Virus record (IMG/VR): IMGVR_UViG_3300012009_000091
Location: 64,001 to 128,000 of that record
Origin: a virus
DNA length: 64,000 nucleotides
Strand: one strand, 5' to 3'
A program made the position numbers and the translations under genes. Shown piece by piece: positions 18,495 through 27,138 of the stretch. The notes under the pieces were generated by a model, which was not told where the DNA came from, made no database searches, and saw only the letters and a program-made list of their open reading frames with translations. Within the stretch, counting starts at the first letter, position 1. Every line of letters starts with the position of its first letter.

Positions 18495-19406
18495 GTGTTG
18501 GTCGTTCGGGACATTCGAGTACGCAGCCTCAGCGTAGACTACGCTCATGTCATCTGGCAGATCGAACCGACCACTGAAGACCTCTCTCTTTACAACTTCT
18601 ATGTTCTTCGGTCTGGAGGACAAGAAGGTCCATATGAAACAGTAAGTAGTCCTCTCGTTGATACGTACGTTTGGCGTGATAATTGGAGCCAGGATGTACG
18701 TGCGTGGGGAGGCCATTACTACCGTATTCTCGTCGAGCATCGGGGTACGGGAGAGACTCAAGAGTTCGGTCAACGAACGCCAGAAGAAGTAACTGAAGGC
18801 CACGCAATCGGTGGTGTTTCTTATTTACCGGAACCCACGCCCATTGGACGGGAGATTTCGCGTCGACAGGATCTGGTCAATCGGATTTATGCTGGGAGAG
18901 ACTATTTGATCTTTCAGCGACGTGTGTTCGGACAACGTTGTCCTACGTGTTGGGATCCGATTCAACGTCAAATGTCAGAGAGCCGATGTAAAACCTGTTT
19001 CGGTTCTTCCTTTGTAGGAGGCTACTACCGTCCCATACAGGTTGCTCTTAGTAAGTCCGTGGCGCCTCGAGTAGATGATCTCGGGCCGATGAAAAAACAG
19101 TCGGAGGCCGTGAGTTTTCGTTTAGCAAGCTTTCCAGAGATCAAACCAGGCGATATGATAGTGGAAGTGTTAGGCAACCGAAGGTGGCGTGTGAACCAGG
19201 TCGTTCCGTCATATGTGCAAGGTGCCTTAGTTAGTCAACAGTTGGTAGGTGCATTGATCATCAAGTCCGATATCGAGTACTCTGTACCTGTGAGGGGGAT
19301 CGACCCGATTCGGTTCGAAGCCATTGCAGCGCACCACTACGAGGGTGCAGTGAATACTGAGTCGCAAATCGAAATACGAAATCGTCGCGATCCCCTGGAG
19401 GTGTAA
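18495..19406 (+). CDS. putative neck/head-completion protein with Zn-binding motif
   Basis: Fn3-like N-terminus; CPTC...CKTCFGSSFVGGY; C-terminal IKPGDMIVE...RWRV beta-barrel pattern. Confidence 0.55.
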   Translation: MLVVRDIRVRSLSVDYAHVIWQIEPTTEDLSLYNFYVLRSGGQEGPYETVSSPLVDTYVWRDNWSQDVRAWGGHYYRILVEHRGTGETQEFGQRTPEEVTEGHAIGGVSYLPEPTPIGREISRRQDLVNRIYAGRDYLIFQRRVFGQRCPTCWDPIQRQMSESRCKTCFGSSFVGGYYRPIQVALSKSVAPRVDDLGPMKKQSEAVSFRLASFPEIKPGDMIVEVLGNRRWRVNQVVPSYVQGALVSQQLVGALIIKSDIEYSVPVRGIDPIRFEAIAAHHYEGAVNTESQIEIRNRRDPLEV

Positions 19407-19409
19407 AGA

Positions 19410-20090
19410 ATGAATATCAACGCGCTAGAGTCTTTTGCCTACGAGTTTGAGAAGATCGCTGCGCCGGAGTTCTCTGTGCCGGATGTCGCGGGTTTCTTTA
19501 CGCCGGATCCCACTGCGTCGGCATCGCCATCGTCAGGAGTACGGCGTGGTTCTTCTGGGTTCGGAGTTCTTGGGGGATACGACGAGGAAGACAACGAGGA
19601 GTACCTGGGTTTTTCGTCTGGTTTTGATCCTGGAGATATTACAGACGTTGGTTCTCGTATCGGGGAGACGGTAGCTGGTCCAGCCGGAAACATCGCTGGT
19701 GGTGCTCTTGCCACCGCACTGCCCTTCCTCGCTGCTTACGCGGGTGTTCGGGGATTAGGCCGACGACTCGGGCGTTCGGCTGTTAATCCTCAGACAGGAA
19801 AGGTCGTCGGAAAGGGGCTCAAAGGATGGCTTGCGAAACGGTTTCCTAAGAGCGAGGTACAGGCAACGCGAATCAAGGCCTTGGAAAGGGCTCGCAGGGG
19901 CACCGGATCGAAATTAACAGAGCAAAAGCGCACGATTCGTGATTTGCAAGATCAAATTGATAGTCGGACGCCGTATTGGCGACATCCTGCGACTTTAGTT
20001 GGAGGAGGTGTACTGGGGAGCCAGCTACTTTCTGACGGGTCTGACGGGTCCGGTGGATCTGGTAGAGGTCGGGTAGTTAATGTTGTGTAG
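19410..20090 (+). CDS. putative internal virion protein
   Basis: N-terminal FAYEFEKIA motif; Gly/Ala-rich hydrophobic segments. Confidence 0.55.
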   Translation: MNINALESFAYEFEKIAAPEFSVPDVAGFFTPDPTASASPSSGVRRGSSGFGVLGGYDEEDNEEYLGFSSGFDPGDITDVGSRIGETVAGPAGNIAGGALATALPFLAAYAGVRGLGRRLGRSAVNPQTGKVVGKGLKGWLAKRFPKSEVQATRIKALERARRGTGSKLTEQKRTIRDLQDQIDSRTPYWRHPATLVGGGVLGSQLLSDGSDGSGGSGRGRVVNVV

Positions 20091-20093
20091 AGA

Positions 20094-20876
20094 ATGAGCA
20101 CGATTAACCAACAGGTCCTTTATGGCAATTTCCAAAGTGAGACTCTTCAAGCCATCATTGAAGAGTATCGGCGGATTCGTCCAGACGATGACCTGCCTAG
20201 CGACGCCATTCTCAACACTACATTGATTTTTCTTCGTTCCTTGTTCTTTCTCCTCCCCGCTGATTACTCGTATCGGTGGGAAGGGGATGTCTACGGCGAG
20301 ATGGATGAAGCGGCTTCTGGTATTTGGATTGAAGCTGAACCTGATATCCACTCAGAGAAAATCGAAGTCCGCCCTGCTATCCTCCTAAGTTTAGACGGGC
20401 GTAAGTTCAGCGGTTTGCATTTGGACCAGTTCAAATACCACAGCCTCTTACGCGATGCATATACTCAACACGATCTCATCATGGGATCTCTTCGGACAGA
20501 CGTCATCTCGCGTCATTCAAAGGAGTGTCGGCGCCTCGCTGATTGGATCGGATTGGCGTATCGGCTTTTGGTACGTTATCTGACGTTTGACAGGTTTCAT
20601 TCAATCCACCCTGAGATTGGCTGGACGCCAGTCGGATCTGCAGGGGAAAAAGTTCGAGGGACATCTACATACGAATACCGAATGGCCTCTGTCGTCTTCA
20701 AATATAGTTGGGGATGGACGGGACGAACTGAGCTCAAACCAGATGTACCAGGGTCCTCGAAATGGACTCACCATATCGTCTCTTATGGTACCCCAGTCCT
20801 TGACGGGGGTCCTGATGATGATGGTATAGTCGAGCGTGACAAGGTCACGCACATCCTTGAGGTGGAAGACGAATAA
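20094..20876 (+). CDS. putative tail completion/terminator protein
   Basis: 260 aa ORF directly upstream of, and coupled to, the sheath gene. Confidence 0.5.
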   Translation: MSTINQQVLYGNFQSETLQAIIEEYRRIRPDDDLPSDAILNTTLIFLRSLFFLLPADYSYRWEGDVYGEMDEAASGIWIEAEPDIHSEKIEVRPAILLSLDGRKFSGLHLDQFKYHSLLRDAYTQHDLIMGSLRTDVISRHSKECRRLADWIGLAYRLLVRYLTFDRFHSIHPEIGWTPVGSAGEKVRGTSTYEYRMASVVFKYSWGWTGRTELKPDVPGSSKWTHHIVSYGTPVLDGGPDDDGIVERDKVTHILEVEDE

Positions 20877-23578
20877 TGGCTACGATAGCACCAGCAATCA
20901 GAGAACCTTCAGTCGATATCTTTCAGCAGGTTGCTCCGACTGCCACGCCGGCGGCGGTTGTTGGCATGAGCCCCTGTTGTGTGGCTCCGAACTATCAGGT
21001 TGTTCGGGCTCAAGATGACGACGGAAATTTCCGTTCAGCAGCTCTCATGGGAACCTATGAGGATCTGGATGAAACCATCACGTATGCCGTTCCATCTTTG
21101 GAAGATGGGGCTACGTTGGATGATGACAGTCTTCGTGTGTGGTTGAAGATCGGTTCGACCGATCAAGAGCTCGACGGTGAGAGCGATGAAGCGGTCGTTG
21201 TCAGTAGCGAAGCCGATTCGGTTGCGATCAATGGCAGTGAGTTCGATTTGACTGATGCCATTCAGGACTTCGTCGGTAGTGGTGTTCTAGCTAGTCAAGC
21301 GATCAGCGGTTCGGACTATGTTGTTCGGATGCTTGGCACAGATCTACAAACGAGGGACTTCCCCATCACCAATGTTGCGTCTACGGTCTTGACCGTCAGT
21401 CGGGACGCCGAGGGGTACGCGCCTTTACAGGGTGTGCCGCCGGCAACGGATGAGTATGAAGTCATTCTCAATCCGACCAAGTTCGTTGTGAATGCGGCAG
21501 CCATTTCATCTCAGCTTCGAGTTGATACGGAAACCGCCACGCTAACGATTCCTGGAGCAGCCACTCCGAATGGGGATCTGTTATACACTGCGGTTTTGGC
21601 AGGAAACGACGGCAATCAGATCACGGTCGAACATGTCGACGGGGGTGCTGGGTATACACCAATCCTCGTTGAGGTGACGAACTATGTCATCAAAGTGACG
21701 TTCGATGCCTCTGCTGATGATGCTTCGGACATTCGAGATGCTGTGCTGGCTCATGCACAGGCCCCTTTGTTGGTCACTCCGTCGATCAATGTAGACGGGC
21801 TCAGTACAGCAGCCGCTGCTGCTAATCTGACCGGCGGCAGTCACGTCATCTACTCGGCTCCAACAGGGGGTACGGCTGGAGACATCAAGCGGATCCGATA
21901 TGCGGACGGAGGGGCATTGGCGCTGTCGCTCGTCGGAAATGATCTGACGATCACATTGAATACAGGCACCACCACCGACGAAGACATTCGAGATGCCATT
22001 GAGGATCCGCTTGATCCAGCCTACGACTCCACAGTCAATGCCTGGATTAACGCACAGCACTATGGAGGGATAGCAACTCCTGAGGCCGCCGATCTACCCA
22101 ACTACACGAATCTGTCCGGCGGACAAGACGCGGACAGCGTCACTTTGGACGGTAATCTCATCGGCCAGGCGGGTATCAGTGCCAACGTGTATGTGGAATA
22201 TCGGGCGTTGAGACTGGTGTATACAGCCAGTGCTTCAATGGCGACGACGGGAAATAATCCTCGTCTGGTCCAGGCGAACAACCTCACGACCCTCGAGGAG
22301 GTAGTCGGTGAATTTTCCACCGATAATCCTCTTGGTCTGATGATGTATTACGCTCTCCTCAATTTCCCCGGTGGCGCTGTTTATGGGTTGGGGGTGGATG
22401 AGGTTAGCGAGTCGTATCCAGATGGAACCGATGCCGCATGGCAACGAGCTGCTGATTTCATGATCTCTCAGATGCCGTACTTCATGGCGATTGGTTCGCA
22501 ACGCGATGTGGTTCATGACATTTGGGTCAATCACATCAACCTCATGAATGGTGATGGTGTGTCGACAGCTGCTCGAACCGAGCGGTTCTTGTTCATCAAC
22601 AAAGAGACCCCGACCATGAGCCCCGATAGTCTATTGGGGAATGGGGATGATCTGACTGGGTCTGCCGGCACCTATCTCGCCAGCGAGAACTTTTATCTTC
22701 TCGGCGTGGCTGAAGACGACATCCTCGTAGTGGAGGATGGAAGTACGGGACCATATACTCTTCAGAACGGTCTGAAGGGGTACTATTGCAATGCGGCAGC
22801 GGTAGGGAGTCCTTACCAGCTTACTATCAAAGATCCAACGCCTTTGGCGTATCCCAATTTGGCAAGCGATACAAATTGGGCGATCTACAATCCTGGTAGT
22901 GCCCTTCAAACGGCCGGTGTGTGGGACAAAAATCTGATGGCGGAGACTGTCAATCAGTTGGCACAACAAATCTCGAATCGGAAAGTGTCGTACACATTTC
23001 CGGACAATGTGACCGTCACTATCGATGGGGCGGAACAGAGCATTGCCGGGTATTACCGGGACGCCATGCAGATCGGCCAATGTGCAGCTCAGCCGCCACA
23101 ACAATCCAAGTATCGACAATCGCTCACTGGAGCCGAGAGTCTGCGGTTCTCTGGAGACTTCTTCACCGGAGATCAACTGGATCTCATCCAGGGAGGCGGC
23201 GTGTGGGTGTATTATCAGCCTATCCCCAACGGAGCGGTGGTAACGCGACACTCCCTCACTACGGATGTCAGTAACGCGCTTACCCGGAATCCCACTTGCA
23301 GCTGGCAAGTGGACAAGTACTGTCGTGCGGTCCGAACGACCACCCAACGATCACTTGGACCGCCTATCACTCCTGCGCTTCTCTCGAACATCGGAGTGAA
23401 AATCGAAGCAGTCGGACGCTTTTCTGTCGAAAAGGGACAGTTGGCTAGCGCCGGTGTGGATTCCATCGAACAAGGAGATGGGGTCACTGCGGATTACGAC
23501 GAAATCGTGGTCCGCGGAGAGGCCAGTCCGCTGTTACCTAATAATGGTATCAAATACTACGTGGCCATCTCAGCGTAA
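20876..23578 (+). CDS. contractile tail sheath protein
   Basis: 900 aa; nested beta-domain insertions closing in NLTGG/NLSGG; sheath-like C-terminus (GGGVWV...TRHSLTT...PLLPNNGIKYYV); followed by a tube-like gene. Confidence 0.75.
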   Translation: MATIAPAIREPSVDIFQQVAPTATPAAVVGMSPCCVAPNYQVVRAQDDDGNFRSAALMGTYEDLDETITYAVPSLEDGATLDDDSLRVWLKIGSTDQELDGESDEAVVVSSEADSVAINGSEFDLTDAIQDFVGSGVLASQAISGSDYVVRMLGTDLQTRDFPITNVASTVLTVSRDAEGYAPLQGVPPATDEYEVILNPTKFVVNAAAISSQLRVDTETATLTIPGAATPNGDLLYTAVLAGNDGNQITVEHVDGGAGYTPILVEVTNYVIKVTFDASADDASDIRDAVLAHAQAPLLVTPSINVDGLSTAAAAANLTGGSHVIYSAPTGGTAGDIKRIRYADGGALALSLVGNDLTITLNTGTTTDEDIRDAIEDPLDPAYDSTVNAWINAQHYGGIATPEAADLPNYTNLSGGQDADSVTLDGNLIGQAGISANVYVEYRALRLVYTASASMATTGNNPRLVQANNLTTLEEVVGEFSTDNPLGLMMYYALLNFPGGAVYGLGVDEVSESYPDGTDAAWQRAADFMISQMPYFMAIGSQRDVVHDIWVNHINLMNGDGVSTAARTERFLFINKETPTMSPDSLLGNGDDLTGSAGTYLASENFYLLGVAEDDILVVEDGSTGPYTLQNGLKGYYCNAAAVGSPYQLTIKDPTPLAYPNLASDTNWAIYNPGSALQTAGVWDKNLMAETVNQLAQQISNRKVSYTFPDNVTVTIDGAEQSIAGYYRDAMQIGQCAAQPPQQSKYRQSLTGAESLRFSGDFFTGDQLDLIQGGGVWVYYQPIPNGAVVTRHSLTTDVSNALTRNPTCSWQVDKYCRAVRTTTQRSLGPPITPALLSNIGVKIEAVGRFSVEKGQLASAGVDSIEQGDGVTADYDEIVVRGEASPLLPNNGIKYYVAISA

Positions 23579-23588
23579 GGAGGAGACC

Positions 23589-24371
23589 GTGGCAAAACTC
23601 GAGGAATGGGACTTCTTCAATCGCAATGTCCAGAGTGGTCTGACTGAAGGCCAGTTTATGGCAGCCCAGTATACGATGATCGCTGCTGGACCGCCCAATC
23701 TAGCCTATCTCTCTGATACCAATCCATCAAATGATGATGCTGGAGTGGGTGAGAACGGGAGTGCTGTTGTGTTCCCTATGGGTTGCTCACAGCGATTCGG
23801 GATCAATCAAACACGTCAGCATGCGCGAGTCTGGGAAATTGGCTCTGAAAGGAGCTACTGGATTTCCGGTCGCGCGGTCGGGCAAATCACGCTTGGGAGG
23901 ATCGTATATCACGGTCCTAATCTCTTGCGATCACTATACGCTTACTACAGCACTACGCCGGATCCAGAGACTTTATATCCGTTTCCTTCTCTTATGGGCG
24001 ACAGTCCTGAGATCGAAGAGGCGAATAAAAATCGGAATCCACATAAAATTTCGATCTCTCCAGGGCACAAGAACATCTTCTTGAACCTGGCATCAGATCT
24101 ATTCGCGCAGACAATCGGCTTGCTGATCTACTTCAAGGACAGCAACGATGAGTCGGTGTATGCCTGCTATGCTGAGAATTGTGTGATTCCGACACATAGT
24201 TTAGGGCTCGATGCGGGTGGAACGGTCATGCAGGAGAACGTTCAGATGCAGTTTGAGCGTCTTCAGCCCGTTCACTTGACCAACGTTCTGTCGTTGGTTG
24301 ACATCACTTACTCGGGTTCTATGTCTGGTATTCCAAATAGACGGGACGTCTCGACAGGACGCAACCAGTAG
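23589..24371 (+). CDS. tail tube protein
   Basis: AGGAGGAG RBS and GTG start; RVWEIGS...GQITLGR and ENVQMQFERL tube-like motifs; directly after the sheath. Confidence 0.65.
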   Translation: MAKLEEWDFFNRNVQSGLTEGQFMAAQYTMIAAGPPNLAYLSDTNPSNDDAGVGENGSAVVFPMGCSQRFGINQTRQHARVWEIGSERSYWISGRAVGQITLGRIVYHGPNLLRSLYAYYSTTPDPETLYPFPSLMGDSPEIEEANKNRNPHKISISPGHKNIFLNLASDLFAQTIGLLIYFKDSNDESVYACYAENCVIPTHSLGLDAGGTVMQENVQMQFERLQPVHLTNVLSLVDITYSGSMSGIPNRRDVSTGRNQ

Positions 24372-24389
24372 ATTCAATGAGGTAGAAAC

Positions 24390-25280
24390 ATGGCAGTAGT
24401 AGACTATTTCGAGACCTTCGAGCCGGTCGAGGAGCCCGATCCGAGGAGTGCTGTTCTGGAGCAGGCCGAAGCAAAGACCTACTCAAGAGTGGGTCGGCAC
24501 GTTCAAGCGTTCGTCGATGATTTGCGTTGGGATGTAGATGACGCTTTCTCCCGATTGGGAAGCGCCCTGTTCCAGAATCCGGACGACAAAGACTTCACCA
24601 AGATGCTGGGTGTGGCGCTGGTGGATGGCAAGATTTCCAACGCAGCGGCGGACAATACCCCTGTGTTCAAGGGTAACTATGCTGCGGAGAAGGATGGTGC
24701 ATCCCCGTCATCTGCCCGGGCGGTTATCGGTTCGGGAAACGGGGAACTCACACTCAATTCTGTGTTTCCTGGTGCAGGTTCCGATGTTCACCCATGCGGC
24801 AACCGCATTCTCATCACGTTCCGCAATCCTGGAACTCTCGGCGCGGCGCTGGCTGTAGATAGTGCGATCATCGAGCTTGGAGATAACGGCCGGAAGTTCT
24901 TCGCGGTTGACGTGTCTCTCGGCACTGATGGAGCAGGCGCACTTGATCCGGCGAAGAATACTGCTACGCTGGTGGCTGCTGCTCTGAATGGAGACGCGGA
25001 TATCAGCTACTTTTTGAAGATTACGGCTGGTGGTACCGGTGCTGATGCAGTCGGCGAATACGATCCGTTCCAACTTGAAGGAGGTGAGGGCGGGATCTAT
25101 TGTGTGATGATCGGTTCGGCCGCCGGGGCGTGGGAGAAAGCTTCCGTGACCACCTGGACTGATACTGCTATCACCATGGGGGACATCGACGGTACCGCAC
25201 ATACAGTTGATGATACTCTCAACTTTCTTGTCTTGGTCAACGGACTTCAGCTCCCCATTTCTGTCCACGTCGTAGCCTAG
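24390..25280 (+). CDS. virion structural protein sharing a beta domain with the sheath insertions
   Basis: GNGELTL...GNRILITF...QLEGG module parallels the sheath NGDLLYTA...GNQITV...NLTGG module. Confidence 0.55.
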   Translation: MAVVDYFETFEPVEEPDPRSAVLEQAEAKTYSRVGRHVQAFVDDLRWDVDDAFSRLGSALFQNPDDKDFTKMLGVALVDGKISNAAADNTPVFKGNYAAEKDGASPSSARAVIGSGNGELTLNSVFPGAGSDVHPCGNRILITFRNPGTLGAALAVDSAIIELGDNGRKFFAVDVSLGTDGAGALDPAKNTATLVAAALNGDADISYFLKITAGGTGADAVGEYDPFQLEGGEGGIYCVMIGSAAGAWEKASVTTWTDTAITMGDIDGTAHTVDDTLNFLVLVNGLQLPISVHVVA

Positions 25281-25293
25281 TTGGAGAGGTAAC

Positions 25294-25701
25294 GTGGCCA
25301 ATACCGACGCGCTCATGCGGAAATTAGCAGCTGCTGCTCTTGAGAAGTCTGCCTTTACTCCCACTGAGACGGATTTCTGGGCAGCGGCTGCTGGTCCTCC
25401 TGGGGCAGCTTTGTCTGCGCCGGAAGGGCAAGGTACGGTCTCTCTGTTGGGATCTCTTGCCGGTCTGGGAGCGGGCTACTTTCTGGGCAAGAAACTCCAA
25501 CCTACTCTGGCGCGTCGTATGGGAACGAGGCTCGGTGGACTCCTTAGTCGCTATCCACAATATGTAGGTATGGCTGGGGGTTCTTTACTCGGAGCTCGAC
25601 TTGCTCGTAAAGCCCTCGCAGCTCGGGATGTTGAGGACCTAAGCCAGCAGTACGCGCAATATCGTTATGGACCGCCCAACCACTATGGCCCGCCCGGTTG
25701 A
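25294..25701 (+). CDS. putative internal virion protein with glycine zippers
   Basis: KLAAAALEKSA leader followed by LLGSLAGLGAG and GMAGGSLLG. Confidence 0.55.
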   Translation: MANTDALMRKLAAAALEKSAFTPTETDFWAAAAGPPGAALSAPEGQGTVSLLGSLAGLGAGYFLGKKLQPTLARRMGTRLGGLLSRYPQYVGMAGGSLLGARLARKALAARDVEDLSQQYAQYRYGPPNHYGPPG

Positions 25702-26006
25702 ATGATCGGAAACTGACCCATATCGAATTTCCACATTGTATCATGGGGTCCTGGATAGAGGGTCCAGAGTCCTGCACGCTTGCCCACGATGGCCAGTATA
25801 TTGTCGTCCTGCGGGTTCAAGCCGGCTTCAAGGGCTAAGACTCGAATTGATTTCCCGGAGACGATTTGGAGCCTATTCTGAAGCGTCTCGACGAGATCCT
25901 CCGGCACTGGATCTTCGGGAAGAATGGCGAAGCGGTTAGGACCAACATGGTAGATCTTACCATGTTGTCCTGTTTGCACCCACGGGTGTGTACGTAGCCA
26001 GTTCAT
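25683..26006 (-). CDS. hypothetical protein
   Basis: Globular-looking 107 aa from ATG 26006; the upstream part of ORF 25683..26225 looks spurious. Confidence 0.45.
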   Translation of the reverse strand: MNWLRTHPWVQTGQHGKIYHVGPNRFAILPEDPVPEDLVETLQNRLQIVSGKSIRVLALEAGLNPQDDNILAIVGKRAGLWTLYPGPHDTMWKFDMGQFPIIQPGGP

Positions 26007-26031
26007 GTGAGAAGAATATCCGATAGAGGCT

Positions 26032-26056
26032 AAAAAGACCAGTTTGGGCTGGCCTT
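26032..26056 (-). terminator. intrinsic terminator
   Basis: Minus strand AAGGCCAG-CCCAAA-CTGGTCTT followed by TTTAGC, after the stop at 26069. Confidence 0.65.
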
Positions 26057-26068
26057 GGTAGGTAGGTA

Positions 26069-26245
26069 TTAGGGGCGGGACAGGGCTCTCCTGATCCCCG
26101 TCAGAGTAGCAGGTGGAGATGGCACCCGCGCTACCTGTCTTCCCTCGAGGAAGACGAGGATGTGGGTGCCGTCTTGCACTACTATGACCCGCTGACCGCG
26201 GATCTTGCGGGCCCAGCCCGCCCACTGAATTTTTTTACCTTCCAT
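26069..26245 (-). CDS. small hypothetical protein (58 aa, not in the ORF track)
   Basis: MEGKKIQWAGWARKIRG...; GAGGA RBS, GTATAAG upstream, terminator downstream. Confidence 0.65.
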   Translation of the reverse strand: MEGKKIQWAGWARKIRGQRVIVVQDGTHILVFLEGRQVARVPSPPATLTGIRRALSRP

Positions 26246-26276
26246 GGTATTTTCCTCTCTCTAGTCTTTATATATC

Positions 26277-26283
26277 CTTATAC
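26277..26283 (-). promoter_or_regulatory. GTATAAG promoter-like motif
   Basis: Overlaps the TAA stop of 26278..26760; upstream of the start at 26245. Confidence 0.55.
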
Positions 26284-26760
26284 GACTTGCTGGATGTATT
26301 CGATGGGCGGCTCATGGTAAATGTTCCAGTGGTATAACAGCCGTTGTTTGTCTGCCATCCGTGGATTTTTCAACCGACCAGGATACCGACCGTCTCGTAC
26401 CCAAGCTTCCATCAATTCACGGGCAACTAGGATAACACCTGGTTCGTTCTCCAGCTCTTCTTCTGCCTCTTGGACAGCCTGGACGATTGTCGGGGTCAAT
26501 ACGTATTGAACTCGATGGATGGAGAACATCTTTGTGTTGTCCACTTCAGATTTCTTGCCGAGGGATAGCGCAATGCGGCGCTCTCGAGATACTCCAGGAA
26601 CAGTGATCCATTGTCCTGTTGCCAAGTCTTGTTTGTTGAAGCGGTATGAATGCTCCGAACTGAAGTTGGCAATCCAGAATCCCGCGCGTGTGCCGTTGTC
26701 TCGATTTTCCCTTACGCTCATATCTACCCAAATTTTGGGCATTTGATCTAGAGGTCTCAT
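26278..26760 (-). CDS. hypothetical protein
   Basis: 160 aa; AAGGAG RBS; GTATAAG upstream. Confidence 0.65.
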   Translation of the reverse strand: MRPLDQMPKIWVDMSVRENRDNGTRAGFWIANFSSEHSYRFNKQDLATGQWITVPGVSRERRIALSLGKKSEVDNTKMFSIHRVQYVLTPTIVQAVQEAEEELENEPGVILVARELMEAWVRDGRYPGRLKNPRMADKQRLLYHWNIYHEPPIEYIQQVV

Positions 26761-26798
26761 TTCTATTCTCCTTTGTATTAGATGCGGACCGTCTTTGA

Positions 26799-26805
26799 CT
26801 TATAC
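26799..26805 (-). promoter_or_regulatory. GTATAAG promoter-like motif
   Basis: Directly follows a hairpin+TTAG element; upstream of the start at 26760. Confidence 0.6.
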
Positions 26806-26808
26806 TAA

Positions 26809-26833
26809 GAGGGAAGGGAAAATCCCTTCCCCC
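26809..26833 (-). terminator. terminator-like hairpin
   Basis: Minus strand GGGGGAAGGGA-TTT-TCCCTTCCCTC then TTAG. Confidence 0.55.
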
Positions 26834-26838
26834 TACGG

Positions 26839-26940
26839 GAGGAAACTACCACGCTGCTGACGAGCTTGAGTCGCACAATATGCGTCTCAATATGCTCAAG
26901 CCAACAGCGTTCTAGTTTCCTCGATGCTTGTCCTTGCGTG
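26839..26940 (-). ncRNA. candidate rod-shaped small RNA (family unknown)
   Basis: Nested stems GAGGAAACTA/TAGTTTCCTC, ACGCTGTTG/CAGCAGCGT and GCTTGAG/CTCAAGC; own GTATAAG motif and a downstream hairpin. Confidence 0.55.
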
Positions 26941-26947
26941 CTACCTA

Positions 26948-26954
26948 CTTATAC
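26948..26954 (-). promoter_or_regulatory. GTATAAG promoter-like motif
   Basis: Part of the 13-bp direct repeat CCTACTTATACCA (26944 and 27135). Confidence 0.6.
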
Positions 26955-26966
26955 CATAGTAGCTAA

Positions 26967-27127
26967 CACGTCGGGAGGGGGACTCCCCCCAGGGTCCGCT
27001 CGGACCATCCCGGTGGCCGCGGAAAGCTTTGCAGCTGAGCGAACCTTAGTCTAGGGTTTTGCCGTTCATAACGACCGCATCCCCGAGCCGCACCGGGTCG
27101 GTAATCGGTACTCACTCCTCCCGAGTG
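26967..27127 (-). ncRNA. candidate multibranch structured RNA, about 160 nt (family unknown)
   Basis: 5'/3' closing stem CACTCGGGAGG/CCTCCCGACGTG, inner long stem, several hairpins including a GCAA tetraloop; starts just after a GTATAAG motif. Confidence 0.6.
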
Positions 27128-27138
27128 ATTTCACCCTA

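Noticed and set aside
26007-26225. N-terminal part of ORF 25683..26225
   Set aside because: It spans a terminator and a better-supported 58 aa gene in another frame.
27020-27065. c-di-GMP-I riboswitch or RNase P fragment (GGCAAAACC...GCAAAGC on the minus strand)
   Set aside because: Only short words match; the spacing and P2 tetraloop do not fit, so it is left as an unassigned structured RNA.
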